Shown one piece after another: positions 37,210 to 47,769 of a DNA stretch of 64,000 nucleotides. Below the pieces are notes generated by a model. It did no database searches and was not told the DNA's origin. It saw only the letters and a program-made list of their open reading frames with translations. Both the position numbers and the translations under genes were made by a program. The first letter of the stretch is position 1; every line of letters begins with the position of its first letter. Origin of the DNA: Candidatus Adlerbacteria bacterium (lineage in GTDB: Bacteria > Patescibacteriota > Minisyncoccia > Phycocordibacterales > SBAW01); NCBI GenBank assembly GCA_003135635.1, contig PLCJ01000001.1, forward strand, positions 8,836-72,835, read 5' to 3'.

Positions 37210-38571
37210 CTACACCTCTATAGTTACCTTCTCTCCGCGCTCTGGCGTCACTGCTTTAACACCGAGGTAATCCCTGATGCGCTGTGCTAAAAATGCCGAT
37301 GAGGCTGGTTCTCCCATAACCACAAATACTTCTTTGAGTGAGGCATTTCCTTTATTGACGAATTCAAGTAGCGCTTCACCATCCATATGGGCCGAGTAGC
37401 CGTAGATGTGTTCAATTTGGCACTTGACGGGCACACTGCGTCCCATGATCTCTACTTTCTTTGCGCCATCAATGAGCCTGCGGCCGAGACTACCGGCTGC
37501 TTGGTAGCCGACAATAAGAAGTGTTGAGGCGGGGTCGGGTAAAATATGCTCTTCGTGACTTATCACTCGGCCGCCATTGCTCATGCCGGAGCCTGCAATA
37601 ATTATTTTTGGGTTAGGTGCCTGCATAAGAGCGCGCGACTGCTCCATATCTTCAATCCACCGCAACTCAGGAAAAGTAAAAATGTTTTCACCCTTCTCAA
37701 TACGTTTTTCAATATTAGGCGCAAAGTAGGAAGGATACGAGAGATAGGCAGTGGTAATTTTTTGGGCCAAGGGTGAATCAAGGTATACCGGCATTGAGGG
37801 GATCTGTTTTTTCAGCATGAGTGTACGGATATCAAAAAGAAGATCTTGTGTGCGTTCAGTTGAAAAAGCGGGGATAAGAAGCGTGCCGCCTCGTCTTACA
37901 GTATTTTCGATAATATTTTCAAGCTCTTGGCAACTATTCCCGTCCTCGTGGCGCACACGATCACCGTACACGCTTTCCATGACGAGATACTGAACCGCGG
38001 GGAGATCTTCCACAAGAGGAAGGAGCGGCGAATTACCACTGCCGAGGTCGCCGGTAAATACGATACTTCTGCCATCACGGGTAAAGCACGCCATAGAAGA
38101 GCCGAGAATATGCCCGGAGCGAAAAAACTCAAAAGAAACACCTCCCCTGAGCGCTTGCTTAGTGTGAAGAGGTACTGTTTCCCACATCTGGAGCGCTTTA
38201 GTAATATCTTCTTTTCCGTAGAACGGTTCTTTACCCTGGCGCTTGGCGCTGTGGAAGAGAAGTTCAAGCGCATCAAAAAGAAGTGGCTCAGCAATAGCTT
38301 TAGTGGGTTCCGTTGAAAGAATCTTGCCCCGAAAACCGTCGTGCACGAGCTTTGGGATTCGGCCGATATGATCGATATGCGCGTGGGTCACGATAAGAAA
38401 AGAGATGTCTTCAGGTTTATACGGAAACGGTTCCCAATTGAGCGCTTCCGTTTCCAAGGTTCCTTGAGTAAGTCCGCAATCAATAAGAAACTTCGCCTCA
38501 CCGATATCAAATAAAAAATTGGAACCCGTGACGAGTCCCGCTCCGCCGCAAAACGTAATCGTTGAGCGCAT
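37210..38571 (-). CDS. MBL-fold beta-CASP ribonuclease
   Basis: THAHIDHIGR, GHILGS, TGDLG, MESVYG, YSAH. Confidence 0.92.
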   Translation of the reverse strand: MRSTITFCGGAGLVTGSNFLFDIGEAKFLIDCGLTQGTLETEALNWEPFPYKPEDISFLIVTHAHIDHIGRIPKLVHDGFRGKILSTEPTKAIAEPLLFDALELLFHSAKRQGKEPFYGKEDITKALQMWETVPLHTKQALRGGVSFEFFRSGHILGSSMACFTRDGRSIVFTGDLGSGNSPLLPLVEDLPAVQYLVMESVYGDRVRHEDGNSCQELENIIENTVRRGGTLLIPAFSTERTQDLLFDIRTLMLKKQIPSMPVYLDSPLAQKITTAYLSYPSYFAPNIEKRIEKGENIFTFPELRWIEDMEQSRALMQAPNPKIIIAGSGMSNGGRVISHEEHILPDPASTLLIVGYQAAGSLGRRLIDGAKKVEIMGRSVPVKCQIEHIYGYSAHMDGEALLEFVNKGNASLKEVFVVMGEPASSAFLAQRIRDYLGVKAVTPERGEKVTIEV

Positions 38572-38591
38572 ACTATTTCCATGGTACAGCA

Positions 38592-38734
38592 AATCCCGCG
38601 TGAGCGGGATTGACTGTCAGACGACGGAAGCAAGTGTCTCTTGTAAAGCTAGGTGGGTACTTTAAGTGAAGCGCCAAGGCGCACCAACAAGATCAAGTTC
38701 CCTAAAACACTTAAGGACATTGCCTCCGCTGTCT
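38592..38734 (-). ncRNA. ssrS: 6S RNA-like small RNA with terminator
   Basis: TATAAT at 38747-38742; long closing stem AGACAGCGGAGGCAATGTC/GACACTTGCTTCCGTCGTCT; central bubble; GGGAACTT/AAGTACCCACCT inner stem; terminator aatcccgc/gcgggatt. Confidence 0.7.
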
Positions 38735-38750
38735 ACCGTTAATTATACAC

Positions 38751-39335
38751 CTACTCGTCAACGCCAAACCGCTTATAGCTAAACGTGGCATCTTTGCCGA
38801 ACCAGTGCGCTATTTCGTGCTGTGCTTCCTCGGGGGTTTCTGAAGCATGAAGAATATTTGCAACTGCACGTTTTTCGCTGTTTGCAATCGCGGGAGAATC
38901 AATGGAGAAATCACCCCGTATGGTACCCATATCTGCCATATACGGCATGGTTGGTCCTGCAATTTTACGCACCATATCAACCGCATGTACCCCCTCCACC
39001 ACCATGCGAACCAGAGGCGCTGAGGTCATGTAATCGATCACCCATAGGCGTACCATGGGGCCTATTTTTTTTGGATCGTTTGTGCCGAGAACTTCTATAG
39101 GGTCTATCTTGTACTTCTCGTACGTGGCAAGTGTCTTCGTGGCCAACCGCTCGATCCAGGCCGAGTCTTTGGGGTAATGATCATCAATCATCTGCCGAGT
39201 CGGTTCAAACATTTGCAGTGCCACGATTTTAAGATCGCGCTGCTCAAAACGCCGAATAACTTCTCCAATGAGTCCTTTGCGCACACCGTCTGGCTTCAGG
39301 AGCACAAAAGTTTGTTCTCTTTTTAAATCTTTCAT
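38751..39335 (-). CDS. ndk: nucleoside-diphosphate kinase
   Basis: EQTFVLLKPDGV, GTIRGDF, NILHASE. Confidence 0.95.
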   Translation of the reverse strand: MKDLKREQTFVLLKPDGVRKGLIGEVIRRFEQRDLKIVALQMFEPTRQMIDDHYPKDSAWIERLATKTLATYEKYKIDPIEVLGTNDPKKIGPMVRLWVIDYMTSAPLVRMVVEGVHAVDMVRKIAGPTMPYMADMGTIRGDFSIDSPAIANSEKRAVANILHASETPEEAQHEIAHWFGKDATFSYKRFGVDE

Positions 39336-39340
39336 TGCTC

Positions 39341-39727
39341 CTAGATCATCTTTACTTCAATAGTAACTCCTGAAGGCAGTGAGAGATTGGTCAACGCTTC
39401 AATGACCTTCTGCGATGGATCAAGAATATCTATGAGACGTTTATGCACGCGCATTTCAAACTGCTCGCGGGCGTCTTTGTAAATGAACGTGGAGCGATTC
39501 ACCGTATATTTTTTAATCTCTGTCGGAAGCGGAATAGGGCCGGCGATTTTTGCGTCATAGCGAAGCGCAGTTTCTACAATCTGCTTCACAGACATATCAA
39601 GCACTTTGTGCTCATAGGCGCGCACCTTAATGCGCAGCCGTTGTGGCGGAGCGACGACGGCTACTTTGCGAGGACGCCTGGGCGTTGCCACTTTCTTTTT
39701 CTTTTCTTCTTTTGCGGCTACTGCCAT
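39341..39727 (-). CDS. rpsJ: 30S ribosomal protein S10 with a basic N-terminal extension
   Basis: [33 protein letters not shown]; probable start MAVAA at 39727. Confidence 0.95.
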   Translation of the reverse strand: MAVAAKEEKKKKVATPRRPRKVAVVAPPQRLRIKVRAYEHKVLDMSVKQIVETALRYDAKIAGPIPLPTEIKKYTVNRSTFIYKDAREQFEMRVHKRLIDILDPSQKVIEALTNLSLPSGVTIEVKMI

Positions 39728-39737
39728 GACAAAACAG

Positions 39738-40937
39738 CTAGGCAGTGATCTTGGTGATAACGCCTGCGCCGACGGTCTTACCACCTTCGCGCACGGCGAA
39801 GCGCTGCTTTTCTTCAAGCGCAACCGGGGCAACGAGCTTGACCTTAAAGGTAATGGTATCCCCTGGCATGACCATCTCGGTTCCTCCGGGAAGCGTTACT
39901 TCCCCTGTTACATCCGTAGTGCGCAGATAAAACTGCGGTTTGTATCCGGTGAAAAACGGTGTGTGCCTGCCACCTTCCTCTTTGGTAAGAACATATACCT
40001 CTGATTCAAATTCGGTGTGCGGCGTCACTGAACCGGGTTTTGCAAGCACCTGGCCACGATGGATATCTTCTTTTTTAGTGCCACGAAGAAGTACGCCTGC
40101 ATTATCCCCTGCAACACCGGAGTCAAGCTGCTTGTTGAACATTTCAATACCAGTGACTGTAGTTTTTGTCGTTGGCTGAAGACCGACAATTTCTATTTCT
40201 TCACCTACTTTCACTTGCCCGCGTTCAATGCGACCAGTGACGACCGTGCCACGGCCTTCAATTGAGAAGATGTCTTCAATCGGCATGAGAAATGGCTTGT
40301 CTAACTCGCGCTGCGGAAGCGGAATATAGCTATCAAGCGTCTTTACGAGCTCAAGCACCTTCTGAGATGCTTCGCTGTTTATATCTTTTGATTCAAGTGC
40401 CTTCAGGCCCGATCCGCGAATGACTGGAGCATCTTTGCCATCAAAGCCTTGTTTGGTAAGAAGATCGCGAACTTCTTCTTCAACGAGATCAATGAGGTCT
40501 TTATCATCCACCATGTCTACTTTGTTTAAGAAAACGACCACCCGAGGCACACCGACCTGTTTTGCAAGCAGAATGTGTTCACGGGTCTGGGGCATAACAC
40601 CATCGGTTGCAGCGACAACCAAAATTGCGCCGTCCATCTGTGCGGCACCGGTAATCATGTTCTTAATGTAGTCGGCGTGGCCTGGAGCATCAATGTGTGC
40701 GTAGTGGCGCTCTGGAGTCCAGTACTCAGAGTGGTGAAGTGCAATAGTAATACCGCGCGCTTTTTCCTCAGGCGCGTTGTCGATACCCTCAACTCCCTCT
40801 ACGCGTGCGCCATAGCCCTGGTCTTTGGCCATATCAAGCGTATGGAGAATTGCCGCGGTAAGAGTAGTCTTTCCGTGGTCAACGTGGCCAATGGTGCCGA
40901 CGTTTACGTGAGGCTTGGTGCGTTCAAATGTTGCCAT
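39738..40937 (-). CDS. tuf: elongation factor Tu
   Basis: [24 protein letters not shown]. Confidence 0.98.
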   Translation of the reverse strand: MATFERTKPHVNVGTIGHVDHGKTTLTAAILHTLDMAKDQGYGARVEGVEGIDNAPEEKARGITIALHHSEYWTPERHYAHIDAPGHADYIKNMITGAAQMDGAILVVAATDGVMPQTREHILLAKQVGVPRVVVFLNKVDMVDDKDLIDLVEEEVRDLLTKQGFDGKDAPVIRGSGLKALESKDINSEASQKVLELVKTLDSYIPLPQRELDKPFLMPIEDIFSIEGRGTVVTGRIERGQVKVGEEIEIVGLQPTTKTTVTGIEMFNKQLDSGVAGDNAGVLLRGTKKEDIHRGQVLAKPGSVTPHTEFESEVYVLTKEEGGRHTPFFTGYKPQFYLRTTDVTGEVTLPGGTEMVMPGDTITFKVKLVAPVALEEKQRFAVREGGKTVGAGVITKITA

Positions 40938-41076
40938 ATCTATAACTAATACTAAGTAATAATGTGCACAATATTGATGTTCTCAAAAGAAAAACCACGC
41001 ACGGATGCGTTGCTTCCTATAGTAGCCGAGGAGCAAGAAAGAGTCAATAACTATATAGCAATCCACTGAAGGGAGT

Positions 41077-41105
41077 TTGACAAAAGAGTGGGGATGGTGT
41101 ATAAG
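41077..41105 (+). promoter_or_regulatory. sigma70 promoter
   Basis: TTGACA-17-TATAAG. Confidence 0.75.
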
Positions 41106-41178
41106 GAACATAGATGTTTGTGGGGCAAATCTGCACCGCATTCACAATCACTCCACTCCCTACCTAAGGAGGTAGAGA

Positions 41179-41724
41179 ATGAACAATCTCCAACGGCTTG
41201 TCCTGCTAATCGCAGTGGCGAGCGGTGGGCTCGTTGCCTGCACAGGAGGAGGTAGCGGAGGTGGAGGATTTAACCCTACCCCACTGCCGGTGTCTCCGAC
41301 GCCAATGATCACACCCAAGTCCTTCAATGGATTTGATCTCACGGTGTTGGGTAGTGGAAGCCTCGCCGTGGATTACATCCTCACGGGGTCCTATGCCCAG
41401 CAAGTCCCGGCAGCGGATGTCGGGAAGGGAGTCACCTGCGTTCAATCAAACGGGCAGAATTACCTCCAGGGAGCAAGTTTGCATCTTGCTGTCGGGGGAG
41501 AATTGAACGACCCCGACGCTTCGTCAACGGGCTATATCGTGGAGCTGACCGCCAGCTCCGGAGGAAACATTCCCGCAAACGTACAGGTGAAGTGTCAGAT
41601 GAAGCTCAATGACGGCACGGTGATTACCCCCTTCTCCGCGTCCTACGAGACCTGGACGACCGCAGTCCCTTCCGGCTGGACGGAGACGAACGACACTCCG
41701 AGCACGGCAACAGCCGCGCTTTAA
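41179..41724 (+). CDS. putative lipoprotein, hypothetical
   Basis: TAAGGAGG SD; LVAC lipobox followed by a Gly/Pro linker. Confidence 0.75.
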   Translation: MNNLQRLVLLIAVASGGLVACTGGGSGGGGFNPTPLPVSPTPMITPKSFNGFDLTVLGSGSLAVDYILTGSYAQQVPAADVGKGVTCVQSNGQNYLQGASLHLAVGGELNDPDASSTGYIVELTASSGGNIPANVQVKCQMKLNDGTVITPFSASYETWTTAVPSGWTETNDTPSTATAAL

Positions 41725-41738
41725 TTCCCAAAACACGA

Positions 41739-41786
41739 GAGCCCGTTCCGACGCACAGATTGTGCATCGGCGCGGGCTCATTTTTT
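41739..41786 (+). terminator. intrinsic terminator (long stem)
   Basis: gagcccg...ccgacgcaca-gat-tgtgcatcgg...cgggctc followed by a T run. Confidence 0.75.
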
Positions 41787-41796
41787 ATATAACTAA

Positions 41797-42687
41797 TCAG
41801 TGAGAAGAAAGGGTGGAGTCATTGCTCTGACTAGGAAGTGCACGAATAGCAGTGAGAAAATCGTTGAAGTGTTGCGCCAAAATTGGCTGGCCCGTTACTA
41901 AGTTCTTTGTCCAACTAAATTCAGGTAGCCCGCATTGCGTATATATTGCATTTACTGCGTCTCGTAAAGCTATGTAGTGGGCAGCTCTAATTACAGTATT
42001 GCCTGATACGAGTTCTGTGGGCTCTCCCCCATTTATTGCCAGTGGATCAGTATTCCCAAAGCTGTCTAGGTCAAGGTGTGTACCCGTTACCTGAAAATAC
42101 AGCTGTATTATCGCAGCACGGAGATCTGTAACCCCAGCTGCATATATGGGTGTGCCCAGAGATACGCTTGGGGGCAATGAGACAGAAAATAAGCTGCAAT
42201 TACTTCCTGCCACCGTATAGGTTGCTGTTGCAGTAAGTCCATAGGACTCTGCGCTTACTGTATAGGTACCCGGAGTATCTGGAGCATTAAACGTCGTACT
42301 GTAAAGAAATCCTCCTCCAGTATCTACAGTTTGATCGGAGGGATCTCCCGGGGCCGCTAGAATTAAAATACCATCAAACGCATCTCCAGTAATAGGACTG
42401 AGTGGAATTATTCCACTAATTGTAACGGTTTCCCCTGGTGCATACGCTGATTTGTCCGTACTCACAGTGGTACACTGTATATCTTTATACTCAATAATTT
42501 TCTCATCAGAGGTATAGCCCGGTAAATCAGCATTGGTATAATAGATCGTTGTGCAGGAAGAGCCAAACGTGCCATTATTTCGTGAAGCATTAACACTGTG
42601 AGAAGAAAAAGAAAATATCACACTAAAGACTGCTACAAAAAGAAGAGCGAATTTGAAAAAGGTTGAAGTTGCTGAGATTTGTTTCAT
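41797..42687 (-). CDS. secreted protein with an Ig-like domain and C-terminal IxAxH...LRxA repeats
   Basis: Signal peptide; TDKSAYAPGETVTISG; three imperfect C-terminal repeats. Confidence 0.7.
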   Translation of the reverse strand: MKQISATSTFFKFALLFVAVFSVIFSFSSHSVNASRNNGTFGSSCTTIYYTNADLPGYTSDEKIIEYKDIQCTTVSTDKSAYAPGETVTISGIIPLSPITGDAFDGILILAAPGDPSDQTVDTGGGFLYSTTFNAPDTPGTYTVSAESYGLTATATYTVAGSNCSLFSVSLPPSVSLGTPIYAAGVTDLRAAIIQLYFQVTGTHLDLDSFGNTDPLAINGGEPTELVSGNTVIRAAHYIALRDAVNAIYTQCGLPEFSWTKNLVTGQPILAQHFNDFLTAIRALPSQSNDSTLSSH

Positions 42688-42723
42688 ATAATCGCCAAGT
42701 TTAGTCATAAAAAATTTTTCTAC

Positions 42724-44028
42724 TCATAGCTCTACATGATGCATTCCATGCTTCAGTGCAAAAAATGCACCAAGAAGGATAAGAAGCACTAGAATAAACG
42801 CAAATAATTCGGTATTTGCTTTGCTCCATGGCAAAGTATTTATCGGAGGATGTGCGCTTATAACGATTAGCATTTTGTGAGCATATACATTTCCCGTTCC
42901 GTCTGTTATGGAAGCCGTAACTGTAGGGCTTATACATGTCGCTGTTATTTGCATGGGCACGACAATCTGAATGCTACTTGAGCTAGTTATTGTTTGTGAC
43001 ACGGGCGCGGCGCACGAGAATCCTTTTCCATCTACAAGAGAGAGGCCGAGATAGGCTTCTCGTGCAGTAGATCCGCTAAAAAAGTCAGGAGAGAGTGTCC
43101 AGGTGACGGTGGCAGTTGCAACATCACCTCTAGCATACATATCTTTATCAAGAACAAGATCTTCTATCGTTGCAGAAGGTCCGCTTACCTGATAAAGGAA
43201 AAAGGTAGGATTTGAAACTATGCTACCGGCACTATCAGCAAAGCTTAATTTAGCTTCATACAGCTGAGGCATTTGAGGTACGAGCAATAGGAAAGAAACC
43301 GAGTGCAGGGCGCCAGGAGAAAAAACACTTCCCTGCTGTGCAGAAGGTGCGGCTGTCACCATTTGACCGAACTGACTTTGATAAAATGTCTCAACGACAG
43401 GTGAGAGCGTTTGCACAGACGTAAAATGGCTTTGCACCTGACAGGTCGCACGAAGTATGTCCGTGGAGGATACTCCTATTCTCTGCTGAGGCAGATAATG
43501 TGTAGTACTTGTCCCTACGGTAAGAAAGCAGGTCGAAGGAAGAATTGTTGCATATCCCTGATTAGATGCTGGCACAATTATCTTCCCAGCAAAGGCAACC
43601 CCAAGTGGAAGTCCACTGCTTGTACGGGCTTCTATAACAATTTGATATGTGCCGGATAGATAGGGAGGAATCGGATATGAAATACTGCGGCCGATGGATT
43701 GATTGGCAGAGAGAGAAAGAGTTTCATTTGCAACGCTGGTATCAACAATTTGCTGCGGTGTTCCTTTTTGTGTTGATAGGACATCGATACCGTAGCGAAT
43801 ATCCGGCTGCGCAGTATCGCTATTTTGTAGCGCAAAAGTAACGGTGAGAATCCCGCCACTTAGCTGTGCATTCGCGGCATGAATCGATACCGTGGAAATG
43901 GTGGCTTGCTCTGTAGAAGTACTCACTGCGGCAAAAGCTGTCGAAGAGTAAGAAAGAGCAATTAACAAAATCGCTGCCGCGCCAAGATGCTTAAACACAA
44001 ACGTAATAAGGGGATAGGGCTTTTTCAT
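42724..44028 (-). CDS. secreted/membrane-anchored beta-rich hypothetical protein
   Basis: Signal peptide ending AFA and a C-terminal TM helix. Confidence 0.7.
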   Translation of the reverse strand: MKKPYPLITFVFKHLGAAAILLIALSYSSTAFAAVSTSTEQATISTVSIHAANAQLSGGILTVTFALQNSDTAQPDIRYGIDVLSTQKGTPQQIVDTSVANETLSLSANQSIGRSISYPIPPYLSGTYQIVIEARTSSGLPLGVAFAGKIIVPASNQGYATILPSTCFLTVGTSTTHYLPQQRIGVSSTDILRATCQVQSHFTSVQTLSPVVETFYQSQFGQMVTAAPSAQQGSVFSPGALHSVSFLLLVPQMPQLYEAKLSFADSAGSIVSNPTFFLYQVSGPSATIEDLVLDKDMYARGDVATATVTWTLSPDFFSGSTAREAYLGLSLVDGKGFSCAAPVSQTITSSSSIQIVVPMQITATCISPTVTASITDGTGNVYAHKMLIVISAHPPINTLPWSKANTELFAFILVLLILLGAFFALKHGMHHVEL

Positions 44029-44035
44029 TTGAATT

Positions 44036-44383
44036 CTATTGATAGACGATGCCCGCGGTTGAAGGAGAACATATAATATTTCCTTGTGCATCTGTGGCGA
44101 GATTAGTGCAGTTTTGTATTGGTATCAACTCAACACTACCTTGACGCACAATAAGAGCTTGGGCCTGTACGCCCCCTGCGTTTAGCTCTACACCACCCTG
44201 TTTTATTTGCCAGCTGGAACCAACATTTAAGGGAGCCGGGGTGTTGCCACCTGGAGCTTGGGCGGTAGGAGGATTCCACACACCGGAGTCAGCAGAGACG
44301 ATATTAGCGAAAAGCACGGCACCGCCAAGGGCAAGAAAAACAACTGCGGCCTGAGTTAGTATGGCTTTTAATTCTATTTTCAT
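44036..44383 (-). CDS. small secreted protein with a WNPPTAQAPGGNTPAPLNVG motif
   Basis: Signal peptide; motif recurrent in Parcubacteria surface proteins (recalled, not verified). Confidence 0.65.
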   Translation of the reverse strand: MKIELKAILTQAAVVFLALGGAVLFANIVSADSGVWNPPTAQAPGGNTPAPLNVGSSWQIKQGGVELNAGGVQAQALIVRQGSVELIPIQNCTNLATDAQGNIICSPSTAGIVYQ

Positions 44384-44428
44384 ACTCTGTGATTCCTTAA
44401 TTACACCTAATAATATCACTTTCCCACA

Positions 44429-45490
44429 CTATAACTCTCTATACGAAGGTATGAGGGTAATACTCACACTTGAAGTATAGGGAGCTCCGTTTGAATCCGT
44501 GCACGTTAAAGTATATATCGCCTTTTGGGTAATGGGTTTAGTGGTAAACTCCGAATTCCCCGAAAGAGTCCCTCTGTCAGCATTTGTGGCAGAGATAGAG
44601 CATGAACTTAGATTAACATTTGACAAATTGACCCCATACAGGTTGACCTTCGATTGAGCAGTAACAAGTGCGCTTTCAACACATGAGGATTGTTTCGTAC
44701 TGAGACAGCCACTAGCAGAAGGGGGTATGCATTGGCCCGTGCTTTGATTGCATCCATCATTACAAGCAGTAACCGCTACTTGATTTGGATCGGTGGTACA
44801 TTCACTGCTACCGTCTGGAGAACAGGTACACCCCGTAATGCATTCCCCCGTACCTTGATTGCAGCCCAGTGGACAATCTGTTGTTGTTGTATTTCCTTGG
44901 GTGTCTGTGGTCTGACTATTATTGCTGTCAATGCAGATATGGGTGTTGGGGGTCGCATACACTCCGCTAAATGATACCCAGCCAACGACATTTCCTCCCC
45001 ATGCAAACCCACTCAATACGCCATCCTGTGCAGTAAGGCCGTCCCCATAGCCAGTGCTGCCAAGATCGATCCATCCATCCCATCCATCAGTACGGCCAAT
45101 AGCTGAGATCGCCCGTGCCCATCCCGTAACAGTGCCATCTCTAGCAACTTTTCCCTGACAACTACTCCCTTGGGGGACAGGGCATCCTTGCACATCATTG
45201 TAGTTGAAACTCACCCAACCGATGTTGCTGCTCCAGGCATAACCGCTTAATGTTCCCGTAGGGAATCCGGAGGAAATGACGTCGTAATTACTTGTTCCGC
45301 ACACATTACTTTGTCCTGGACCGCCCTCCTCGCAGTTTAAGCTTATCCATCCGATATTACTGCTCCATGCATAACCTCCAATTGGGGTTGGGGGAACAGC
45401 GAAAGCATGCACTCGTGAAGATAGAGCGACTATAGACACAAAAACCAGAAGGAGGGACAGTAGAAACCACCACCGGCCGAAAATATTCAC
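44429..45490 (-). CDS. secreted protein with GYAWSSNIGW repeats and Cys-rich repeats
   Basis: Four G(Y/W/F)AW-type repeats; CPLGCNQGTGEC and CNDGCNQSTGQC units. Confidence 0.75.
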   Translation of the reverse strand: MNIFGRWWFLLSLLLVFVSIVALSSRVHAFAVPPTPIGGYAWSSNIGWISLNCEEGGPGQSNVCGTSNYDVISSGFPTGTLSGYAWSSNIGWVSFNYNDVQGCPVPQGSSCQGKVARDGTVTGWARAISAIGRTDGWDGWIDLGSTGYGDGLTAQDGVLSGFAWGGNVVGWVSFSGVYATPNTHICIDSNNSQTTDTQGNTTTTDCPLGCNQGTGECITGCTCSPDGSSECTTDPNQVAVTACNDGCNQSTGQCIPPSASGCLSTKQSSCVESALVTAQSKVNLYGVNLSNVNLSSCSISATNADRGTLSGNSEFTTKPITQKAIYTLTCTDSNGAPYTSSVSITLIPSYREL

Positions 45491-45544
45491 TCCCCAATTA
45501 TACTTGGGTAGAAGGTATGAAGGAGCGCGGTTATCAACAACGAC

Positions 45545-47689
45545 CTATTTTCTCTCAGCCACTATTGCTGCCGAAACACTGGGCGGCACCACCTCATAAT
45601 GGTCAAATTCCATAGTAAAACTTGCCCGTCCCTCAGTCATTGAGCGCAGCACGGTCGTATAGCCGAACATCTCCGCAAGAGGGACGGTTGCTCTAATAGC
45701 TCGGGCAAGCCCCCGCTCTTCGGTCCCCTCTATCTGACCGCGCCTTCCGTTGAGGTTGCCCGTAACGTCACCCATAAACTTTTCAGGCGTCACGACTTCT
45801 ACCTTCATGACAGGCTCAAGCAAGACTGGCTTAGCAGCTTTTGCCGCGTCCTGGAAGCCCATTGAAGCCGCAATTTTAAAAGCGATTTCTGAGGAATCTA
45901 CATCGTGATAGGAGCCATCGTAGAGTTCAACGGAAATATCAACGAGCTTAAAGCCCGCAACGATGCCTCGCTCCATTGCCTCGCGTACTCCTTTTTCAAC
46001 TGCAGGTATGTACTCCTGAGGAATCACTCCTCCTTTGATGTTATTGATGAATTCAAAGTGATCCTCCCGAGTAATGTTTTTGCGCACCTTTGCTCCCTCC
46101 ACAATTTTCTCAAGAGGTTTTATGCGCAGCCGTACATGACCATACTGTCCGCGGCCGCCTGTTTGTTTTATATATTTCCCTTCCGCCTCAGCCTCTTTTT
46201 GTATAGTTTCGCGATACGCCACCTGCGGCTTGCCGACATCAGCCTCAACGTTAAATTCGCGTTTCATGCGATCAACCAAAATTTCCAAGTGGAGCTCCCC
46301 CATGCCCGCAATAAGAGTCTCGAGAGTCTCCGCATCAGTTGAAACTTTAAACGTAGGATCTTCATCGGAGAGTTTCTTCAGAGCAATACCCATTTTTTCC
46401 TGGTCTGCTTTGGTCTTGGGTTCAATGCGCATAGAAATAACTGGTTCGGGAAAGTGTATTTGCTCAAGGATAATGGGATTATTCTCATCACAAAGTGTAT
46501 GGGAAGTTTTGGTGTTTTTGAGGCCCACCGCCGCAGCAATCTCTCCGGAGTACACCGTCTTTACTTCTTCGCGCTGGTCAGCTTGCAGGCGCACGATGCG
46601 TCCCACTCGCTCTTTCTCTCCCGTGGTCGAGTTATAAACATAGGAACCCGCTTCAACAATGCCCGAATACACACGGAAAAACGTGAGCTGCCCCACAAAG
46701 GGATCCGCTTGGAGTTTAAAAGCAAGCGCACAAAAGGGCTCAGAGTCAGACGCATGGCGTTCCACCTCTTTGCCATCTTTTGGATTAATGCCCTTAACTG
46801 GTGGCATATCAAGAGGAGAAGGCAAATAGTCTACAACCGCGTCAAGCACGAGCTGCACCCCTTTGTTTTTAAGCGCGGAGCCGGTGTAAACGGGAAAGAT
46901 CTTGTTATCTATGACCGCTCCCCGAAGGGTGGCATTGAGCTCTTCAAGACTCGGCTCTTTACCGTCAAGGTAGCTGGTCATGAGTGCATCATTGTGCTCG
47001 ACAATTCTTTCGACGAGCTCAGCGCGATACTTGGTGGCGTCAGGGAGATATGCCTCTGGAATAGCAAATTCGATGACCGCATCACCCATATTCCCCTCAA
47101 AGCGGTAGGCTTTCATTTTCAAAAGATCAATCACGCCTTCAAACTTCTCTTCAGCGCCAATAGGGATTTGCATGCGTACGGCGCTCTTGCTCAAGCGATC
47201 AAGAATAGAGTGAAAGGATTTCTCAAAGGATGCACCGGTGCGATCAAGTTTGTTGATGAAACACACCCGCGGCACTTTCGCTTCGTCGGCATAGCGCCAG
47301 TTGGTCTCCGACTGCGGTTCAACGCCGGCAACACCATCAAATACAACGATTGCCCCATCGAGCACTCGCATAGAGCGCTTTACTTCAGCGGTAAAATCAA
47401 TATGCCCCGGGGTATCGATAATATTGAAACGGTATTTCTTAGACGCATCTTTTTTATCCTGCTCCTCAGTCTTTGACCAAAAACAAGTAATCGCAGCGGC
47501 AGTGATAGTAATACCTCGCTCCCTCTCCTGCTCCATCCAGTCAGTGGTGGTCTCCCCTTCATGCACCTCACCGATTTTGTGCTGCGACCCTGTGTAGTAC
47601 AAAACACGCTCAGACGTGGTCGTCTTGCCCGCGTCGATGTGCGCGATGATGCCGAAATTGCGAACTTTTTGAAGTGGGTAGTCTCTCAT
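45545..47689 (-). CDS. fusA: elongation factor G
   Basis: [26 protein letters not shown]. Confidence 0.98.
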   Translation of the reverse strand: MRDYPLQKVRNFGIIAHIDAGKTTTSERVLYYTGSQHKIGEVHEGETTTDWMEQERERGITITAAAITCFWSKTEEQDKKDASKKYRFNIIDTPGHIDFTAEVKRSMRVLDGAIVVFDGVAGVEPQSETNWRYADEAKVPRVCFINKLDRTGASFEKSFHSILDRLSKSAVRMQIPIGAEEKFEGVIDLLKMKAYRFEGNMGDAVIEFAIPEAYLPDATKYRAELVERIVEHNDALMTSYLDGKEPSLEELNATLRGAVIDNKIFPVYTGSALKNKGVQLVLDAVVDYLPSPLDMPPVKGINPKDGKEVERHASDSEPFCALAFKLQADPFVGQLTFFRVYSGIVEAGSYVYNSTTGEKERVGRIVRLQADQREEVKTVYSGEIAAAVGLKNTKTSHTLCDENNPIILEQIHFPEPVISMRIEPKTKADQEKMGIALKKLSDEDPTFKVSTDAETLETLIAGMGELHLEILVDRMKREFNVEADVGKPQVAYRETIQKEAEAEGKYIKQTGGRGQYGHVRLRIKPLEKIVEGAKVRKNITREDHFEFINNIKGGVIPQEYIPAVEKGVREAMERGIVAGFKLVDISVELYDGSYHDVDSSEIAFKIAASMGFQDAAKAAKPVLLEPVMKVEVVTPEKFMGDVTGNLNGRRGQIEGTEERGLARAIRATVPLAEMFGYTTVLRSMTEGRASFTMEFDHYEVVPPSVSAAIVAERK

Positions 47690-47769
47690 AAAATGTGGTC
47701 AAAAAAAACCGCCCGAGGCGTAGCTGTAGAGTACTGCAAAATCACAAAAAATGCAAAAGAAATGAGCCG

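Noticed and set aside
46454-47476. 340-aa plus-strand ORF
   Set aside because: It lies entirely antisense to fusA; a typical shadow ORF with no recognisable motifs.
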